From contig JAYKHR010000163.1 in NCBI GenBank assembly GCA_035285125.1, forward strand, positions 1-12,638: 12,638 bases of DNA. Direction: 5' to 3'. The position numbers and the translations under genes are program-made. Positions 7,551-12,638 of this stretch are shown piece by piece; position 1 is the stretch's first letter, and each line of letters starts with the position of its first letter. The notes beneath the pieces are model-generated. The model saw nothing but the letters and a program-made list of their open reading frames with translations, searched no databases and was not told the DNA's origin. Source of the stretch: Candidatus Sericytochromatia bacterium (GTDB lineage: Bacteria > Cyanobacteriota > Sericytochromatia > S15B-MN24 > JAQBPE01).

Positions 7551-8636
7551 GTGGTCCTTCGTGCATCAACTGCCCTCGGCCTGGCCCTGCTCCTCTCCGG
7601 TTGCGGAGGGGCTCCTCGGGGCGTGGCCACGCGGACCTCGGGGGGGCAGGCCAGGGCGGCCGTGGCCTGGCAGGCGATCGCGGCACCCCCGGACAACCCC
7701 GTCACGCAGGCCAAGGTGGAACTCGGCTTCCGGCTGTGGTTCGAGCCCCGCCTCTCTGGCAACGACCGCATGACGTGCGCCACATGCCACCACCACACCA
7801 CGGGGTTCTCCAACGCGGAGCCCACCGCAGCCGGCATTCACGGCCAGCGAGGGAACCGCAACGTCCCCACCATCTACGCGGCGGCGGGCAGCCTGGAGCA
7901 ATTCTGGGATGGACGGGCGGGCAGCCTCGAGGCCCAGGCCTTGCAGCCCATCGAGAACCCCATCGAGATGGACGCGCGGCTGCCGGACGTGATCCGCAAG
8001 CTGGAGCAGCACCCCTACTACCCTCAGAAGTTCCAGCAGGCCTTCGGCACGGGCGTGACGCCCGACGGCATGGCCCGGGCCCTGGCCTCCTTCGAGCGGG
8101 CGCTGCGGCTGAAGGCCTCGGCCTTCGAGCGCTTCCAAGGTGGCGAGGCCGACGCGCTCACGGAGCAGCAGCAGCGCGGGATGGCCATCTTCACCTCGGC
8201 GCGCGGTGGCTGCGTGGGCTGTCACAGCGGGCCAGACTTCACGGACCGGCGCTTCCACAACACGGGCGTCGGGCAGGACGGTCCGCAGCGGGATCCGGGC
8301 CGCCAGGCCGTGACCCACCGCGACGAGGACCTCGGCGCGTTCAAGACGCCCACGCTGCGCAACGTGGCAAGGTCGGGGCCCTACATGCATGACGGATCGA
8401 TCGCCACCTTGGAGGCCGTCGTCGCCCACTACAACCGGGGCGGCGGGCCCAACGCCCAGCTTGACCCCCGCCTGGCCCCGCTCGGCCTGACGCCGCCCGA
8501 GGAGCAGGACCTCGTGGCTTTCCTGCGCGCGCTGAGCGCCCCCGACAACCTCAAGGAGCTCGCCGGCCTGCCCGGGATCCGGAACCCGCGGCGGCCGAAC
8601 GAGCCGCTGGCGGTGCCGGCCGAGTTGTTGCCCTGA
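7551..8636 (+). CDS. Diheme cytochrome c, bCcP/MauG superfamily (Tyr-ligated MauG/MbnH-like), predicted lipoprotein
   Basis: Two CxxCH motifs (CATCH 7776-7790, CVGCH 8211-8225), RNVPT, QFWDGRA, FHNTG, FKTPTLRNV..SGPYMHDGS, DLVAFLRALS and lipobox LSGC. Confidence 0.93.
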   Translation: MVLRASTALGLALLLSGCGGAPRGVATRTSGGQARAAVAWQAIAAPPDNPVTQAKVELGFRLWFEPRLSGNDRMTCATCHHHTTGFSNAEPTAAGIHGQRGNRNVPTIYAAAGSLEQFWDGRAGSLEAQALQPIENPIEMDARLPDVIRKLEQHPYYPQKFQQAFGTGVTPDGMARALASFERALRLKASAFERFQGGEADALTEQQQRGMAIFTSARGGCVGCHSGPDFTDRRFHNTGVGQDGPQRDPGRQAVTHRDEDLGAFKTPTLRNVARSGPYMHDGSIATLEAVVAHYNRGGGPNAQLDPRLAPLGLTPPEEQDLVAFLRALSAPDNLKELAGLPGIRNPRRPNEPLAVPAELLP

Positions 8637-8834
8637 CGCGGGGGCCCCCGGTCGCGGGGCCGCTGGGGTTGCGGACGGGCCGACGCTCAGCGTCTAGCTG
8701 GGCCACAACCTAGCCTTTACCAGACCTGCGTCGCGTGAAACCTGCTTGTAACCGACGCCGACGACGAAGCTCACGTGAGCCGCAGGTCCGCAGCCCCCTC
8801 GGTCCCGGGGGCCCCGCCGGAGGAAGTTCGCCGC

Positions 8835-9605
8835 ATGCAGACCACCCCCACGCCCAACCCGCGCAACCAGCTTCTCACCCTGACGGGCAGCCCCAAGGTG
8901 GCGTTCGACAAGGCGGCGCTGGACTGGCGCCCCGACCCCTCCTTCCAGCTGGATGCCTTTGTGCGGGCGTCTGAGGCTGCGCCCCCGAAGGGCAGCCTTG
9001 AGGCCGCGCTGCAGGGCGTCACCCAGCCAGAGTGGCCCACCCTCAAGGACTTCGGGCTCGGCGAGGTACCGGCCATGCCGGACGGCCTGAAGCTTGACCT
9101 GACATGGGCCTACAACTACGCCGCAACCCAGATGCAGCCCTTGCCGCAGGACGGGAGCCCCGATGAGAGCGAAGCGGGCCGCCGGGCCCGGGCAGCCCTC
9201 GCCCGCGTGGCAAAGCGGGCCTCGGCGGGGCGGCGACCCGACGGGCGCTGCTACAAGCACGTCTGGAGTTTCCTCAACTGGGTCGGCGGCTACGGCCGAA
9301 TCGTGCAGCGCGGCATCCCCGCCTCCCACGCCACCTTTGCCAAGCAGTTCGCCTACCTGGTGAACCCGAACCCGGCGGCCTACGGCCTGCGGAAGCTGAA
9401 GCTCGACAACCCCTACATGGCCCCGGAGGGCGCGATCGTGGTGGTTCGCCCGGGAACTCCGGGCACGCGCCACCGCGAGGCGGGCGACATCGCCATCGCC
9501 GACGGCAACGGCCGGTTCTTCAACGGGGGCGAGATGGGCTACGGCGGCCCGCGCAACTTCCCGCCGGGCAACCGCCACGTGCTCGGGATCTACGTCCCGC
9601 TCTGA
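8835..9605 (+). CDS. Hypothetical protein with a C-terminal CHAP/NlpC-P60-like (papain-fold) domain
   Basis: GGAGG at 8819-8823 before ATG 8835 and strong GC3 bias. GRCYKHV...L (Cys at 9249) and APEGAIVVV....H...GDIAIA.G.GRF follow the CHAP-like layout. Confidence 0.65.
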   Translation: MQTTPTPNPRNQLLTLTGSPKVAFDKAALDWRPDPSFQLDAFVRASEAAPPKGSLEAALQGVTQPEWPTLKDFGLGEVPAMPDGLKLDLTWAYNYAATQMQPLPQDGSPDESEAGRRARAALARVAKRASAGRRPDGRCYKHVWSFLNWVGGYGRIVQRGIPASHATFAKQFAYLVNPNPAAYGLRKLKLDNPYMAPEGAIVVVRPGTPGTRHREAGDIAIADGNGRFFNGGEMGYGGPRNFPPGNRHVLGIYVPL

Positions 9606-9609
9606 GGCC

Positions 9610-9848
9610 TCACCCCTTGACCACCGCCATCGGGCGCAGCCTGGCCACCCGGAGGGCCAGGCCCGCGCCCTCGGCCACCGCCACCACGGCATCCACGTCC
9701 TTGTAGGCCTCGGGCGCCGCCTCGGTGAGGCCGGCCCGGCTCGCGCCGCGGACGAGGTGAAGCCCCTGACGCCCACGCGCATGTCGGGCCGGTGGTTCCG
9801 CGGGAGTTCCCAGCACCAGTCGTCGACGCGGCGCAGCGCAGCCCAGGG
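9610..9848 (-). pseudogene. rtcB: rtcB (3'-phosphate/5'-OH RNA ligase) remnant with a large internal deletion
   Basis: One frame (9836-9753) reads [28 protein letters not shown], matching the RtcB N-terminus. A different frame (9753-9610) reads [47 protein letters not shown], matching the RtcB C-terminus. Directly downstream of archease. Confidence 0.9.
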
Positions 9849-9858
9849 GCCCGCGGCC

Positions 9859-10314
9859 CTAGATGTCGAAGTAAGCCTGGCCGGCCCAGCCCCCCTCCAC
9901 GGGGCCGAAGGCCATCTCGTGGTACGTCACGGCCTTCACGTCATACCCCTCAGGGCCGCGCGCCCCCCGGCCCGTGGCCTCGACCTCCACGGCGCCCCCG
10001 GCCCCCTCCCGCACCCGGACGGCGGCCGGCACGCCGACCGGGGTGTCCGCCGCCCACACCAGCTGGGCGAGCAGCTTGAACAGGCGTTCCACGTCGTCGG
10101 CCCCTGTCACGCGCCAGCACTGGTCGGGCACGATCGCCGGCCTCGACGTGGGCTGCACGCCCAGCAGCGCCAGCAGGCCTTGGGCGGCCTCCTCGAAGGC
10201 CGCCGCCCGGGTGGGGGCCCAGAAGGCCAGCCCCACGTCCGCGGGATGGGGCAGCACGCGGTGGCCCCGCGTCGGCCGCCTGGGCCCCGCCGTCACGTGA
10301 CGGCGGACCGTCAC
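9859..10314 (-). CDS. Archease (RtcB activator)
   Basis: HPADVG (HTAD-type), AFEEAA, VKAVTYHEM and C-terminal FDI. GTG at 10314 overlaps the upstream stop (GTGA). Adjacent to the rtcB remnant. Alternative GTG at 10296. Confidence 0.9.
   Translation of the reverse strand: MTVRRHVTAGPRRPTRGHRVLPHPADVGLAFWAPTRAAAFEEAAQGLLALLGVQPTSRPAIVPDQCWRVTGADDVERLFKLLAQLVWAADTPVGVPAAVRVREGAGGAVEVEATGRGARGPEGYDVKAVTYHEMAFGPVEGGWAGQAYFDI
10287..10306. repeat. Perfect 20-bp palindrome CCGCCGTCACGTGACGGCGG
   Basis: Read directly: CCGCCGTCAC is the exact reverse complement of GTGACGGCGG, with no spacer. Confidence 0.9.
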
Positions 10315-10619
10315 CGCCCGGGCCTCAGCAGGGGGTGCTCGCGGTAGGCCCGCGTCTCGCGCGCGATGGTCACGTGCTGGCCCTGCCGCTCGTCGAGCCG
10401 CAGCTCTGTGTAGACCCGCCCGACGCCCGCGCACATCACGGCTTGGTGGGCATCCCGCGCCACGCGCAGGACATCATCAAGCTCACCTTCCAGGGTGGTG
10501 CCCAGGGCGTCCACCTCGTGGCGCAGGCCGCTGGCCCGCACCACCTTGAGCGCCGCCTCGACGTAGCGGCGCACGTCCGCCTCGCCCATCGGGATGATGG
10601 TCAACTCCGCCACGATCAT
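10311..10619 (-). CDS. MTH1187/YkoF-like thiamine-binding protein family
   Basis: MIVAELTIIPMG...YVEAALKVVRASGL...ALGTTLEGELDDV...H......GVGRVYTELRLDER. ATG at 10619 with GGAGGA upstream, 102 aa. Confidence 0.9.
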   Translation of the reverse strand: MIVAELTIIPMGEADVRRYVEAALKVVRASGLRHEVDALGTTLEGELDDVLRVARDAHQAVMCAGVGRVYTELRLDERQGQHVTIARETRAYREHPLLRPGR

Positions 10620-10728
10620 GTCCGTCGTCCTCCCCTCCACACCGCTCCAGGGGGATGATGCGCCACCGCCGCCGCGCCCCGAAGCGTCGAGCCGGCCTCA
10701 TCGCGGCGGTCAGGGAAGAGCCCGAGCC

Positions 10729-12638
10729 TCAGGCCACCTGGACCTGCGCCAGGCTGGCCCGCATGGACGCCAGCGCCCGCTGCAGCCCCTCGGACCCGAG
10801 GCGCAGGGCCGAGGCGAGGGCCTGGACCTCACCGGGCGCATAGCGATCGCCCATCAGTTGGTTCATGTACAGGAACTTCTCAGGGGAGATGGCCATCGCG
10901 CTGGCCGGGTCGTTGTAGAAGGTGCGGGTGAACTCGGCGAAGTCCTCCACCGGGTCCGTCGCGCCGTAGTCGCTGACGACGGTGGCCCGGGCGCCGACGC
11001 GCACACTGGGGTCCTTGTAGTAGCGGCGCTCGGCCCCGGCGAAGGACGCATAACCGTCAGCGAGCGAGCCGTCCTTCTCGCGCCAGTCGGCGAGCGAGGA
11101 CCACTCGGCCACCAGCCGCTTCTCGTGGGCCGCGGCGGCCGCCTGAGACATGCCCGGGCGGCCACCAATCTGCACGGCGTGGCCGGACTCGTGCACCAGC
11201 GTGCCCTCCGCCATCGAGACCCCCACGGCCTCGTCGGCATTGGGCATCCGCATCGCGTTGTCGAACAGCACGATGAGGTCCTTGTTGTCCGCAGCGGCCG
11301 TGCGGTACCCCATGGTGCCCCCCTGGTAAGGTGATGAGCCGGGCTTGTAGTACATGATGGCCTTGCCTGCCTGCCGCGCCTCGACCACCGCAGCCTGCCC
11401 CACCGGCGCCGTGGGCTCCCCCATGTTGACGTAGGTGGTGCCCGCCAGCCCCTGTGGCAGCTTGCCGTTGGCCTCCATACGTTGCAGCGCGTTGTAGAGC
11501 TGGGAGGTGCCCTGCGCCGACCAGTCCTTGACCAGGGCGTCCTGCCCGCGGGCCCAGTCATGGGGGATCGGGTAGCGGCCGGCCTCGCGGTGAACCGCCA
11601 CGCCGAAGCGCTGTTCGATCGCCGTGGCGAGGCGCCCGACCACCGTCCGGTGTTGGTCGGCGGCAGGCCCCGTCAGGTTGGCGAACGCGGCCGTGCGGAC
11701 GTCGGCCGGCAGGCGCGTCATGTCGGCCACGAAGTTGGCCTTCTGCTGCGCCGTCATGCCGCGCGTCAGCTCGCCCACCAGGGCCGGCCGATCACCCGCC
11801 AGGCGCCCGAGCTGGGTGTCCAGGACCTTGCCCAGGTGGGTGTCGAAGTCGAGCAGCGTGGCCTTCTGGGCCCCCAGCGCCTTGACGGCCTCGGCCCGCT
11901 GGGCGTCTGGCAGCACCCGCAGGCGATCGCGCAGCAGGCGCACCTGCTCGGCGCGGGCCAGGGCCTCGGGGTAGGTGGGGTGGGCCGCCTTCAGGGCCGC
12001 CTCGGGCACCTCCAGCTTGTCGAGCGTGCGCGCCGACACGCCCAGATCCTGCAGGATCCGGCGGTTCACCAGCGCGTCGAGCTCGTAGTAGTTGGTCTTG
12101 CCGGCCCGCAGCGCCTCGTTCACCGTCTTCACGAGGGTCTTGAGGTTGCGGGGATCCTCGCTGGTCATGTCCCGCAGCAGCGACACCAGCATCCGGGGGT
12201 CGTGCTCGCCCTTCGGGAGCACTACGCCGGCGTCCATCAGCAGCTGGCGCGTCACGGTGCCCCGCAGCCCCTCGACGTCGGCCGAGGTGGCGGCCTGCGC
12301 CGCGACCTTCAGGTAGCGGCCGCTCTGGCCGGTGGCGAAGCGGTCCGTGAAGCCCCGGAGCGACTTGAGGTCGTCGGCCTTCAGGCTGGCGCGCTCCAGC
12401 CGCTGGAAGAAGGGCGGCGTGACGCCCCGCTCCGCATACAGCAGGCGCTCGGCCTCCAGCGTCAGGGGGGCTGCCCCCACCAGGCCGCGCCCCAGGCCGA
12501 CGTTGATGCCGCGCACGGCGTCCGCGAGGTCGTAGTTGCTGCGGAAGGTCTGCAGGTAGCGGCGGGTGCCGACCATCTCGGCGATCGGCATCGCCTCCGG
12601 CACCTGCACGCCGTGGGCGCCGAGGTAGTTGGCGTGCA
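10729..12638 (-). CDS. Large protein (5' end outside the window) with a C-terminal HExxH zinc metalloprotease domain
   Basis: Frame is open to the window edge (HANYLGAHGVQV...). LVHESGHAV (HESGH 11193-11179) and downstream SDYGATDPVEDFAE supply the third ligand motif. The N-terminal part looks helical. Confidence 0.85.
   Translation of the reverse strand, partial: HANYLGAHGVQVPEAMPIAEMVGTRRYLQTFRSNYDLADAVRGINVGLGRGLVGAAPLTLEAERLLYAERGVTPPFFQRLERASLKADDLKSLRGFTDRFATGQSGRYLKVAAQAATSADVEGLRGTVTRQLLMDAGVVLPKGEHDPRMLVSLLRDMTSEDPRNLKTLVKTVNEALRAGKTNYYELDALVNRRILQDLGVSARTLDKLEVPEAALKAAHPTYPEALARAEQVRLLRDRLRVLPDAQRAEAVKALGAQKATLLDFDTHLGKVLDTQLGRLAGDRPALVGELTRGMTAQQKANFVADMTRLPADVRTAAFANLTGPAADQHRTVVGRLATAIEQRFGVAVHREAGRYPIPHDWARGQDALVKDWSAQGTSQLYNALQRMEANGKLPQGLAGTTYVNMGEPTAPVGQAAVVEARQAGKAIMYYKPGSSPYQGGTMGYRTAAADNKDLIVLFDNAMRMPNADEAVGVSMAEGTLVHESGHAVQIGGRPGMSQAAAAAHEKRLVAEWSSLADWREKDGSLADGYASFAGAERRYYKDPSVRVGARATVVSDYGATDPVEDFAEFTRTFYNDPASAMAISPEKFLYMNQLMGDRYAPGEVQALASALRLGSEGLQRALASMRASLAQVQVA

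Noticed and set aside
5149..8429. Long overlapping alternative ORFs (5149..6222 +, 6234..7532 -, 6560..7837 -, 7566..8429 -)
   Set aside because: Arg/Pro/Gly-rich shadow frames typical of high-GC DNA, overlapping better-supported genes.
8737..8764. Possible sigma-28 promoter (GAAA-N16-GCCGACGA)
   Set aside because: Both boxes mismatch the TAAA-N15-GCCGATAA consensus and the spacing is off.
9603..9612. Palindrome TGAGGCCTCA
   Set aside because: Largely explained by two convergent TGA stop codons 4 bp apart.
8694..9782. 362-aa minus-strand ORF
   Set aside because: Only its first ~10 codons are rtcB-derived. The rest is out-of-frame rtcB and the antisense shadow of the 8835..9605 gene.
10315..10434. 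Longer 191-aa archease start from the ORF track
   Set aside because: It overlaps the thiamine-binding gene by about 120 nt, and the GTGA overlap at 10314 gives a normal archease length.
1..12638. CRISPR array, tRNA/rRNA, IS element or prophage
   Set aside because: No regularly spaced repeats, cloverleaf structure, transposase, integrase or phage genes were recognised.

Overview
High-GC bacterial chromosomal segment (roughly 70-75% GC by eye) with no rRNA, tRNA, CRISPR array or mobile element. The style of the hypothetical proteins suggests a non-photosynthetic cyanobacterial relative such as Sericytochromatia, but this is inference only. Recognisable genes are rsmG, a dienelactone-hydrolase-like alpha/beta hydrolase, a PLP threonine/serine dehydratase, a SUKH/SMI1-like immunity protein, a diheme cytochrome c of the CcP/MauG superfamily, archease, an MTH1187-family thiamine-binding protein and a large HExxH zinc metalloprotease that runs off the window edge. 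Two genes are deletion remnants: rtcB (N-terminal ~30 codons joined out of frame to the last ~47) behind an apparently intact archease, and a class III extradiol dioxygenase (first ~44 codons only). The best candidate for an undescribed system is a tight cassette of a beta-barrel-like protein, a Trp-rich Tat lipoprotein and a Tyr-ligated (MauG/MbnH-type) diheme lipoprotein. All family assignments come from motifs recognised by eye; no searches were run.
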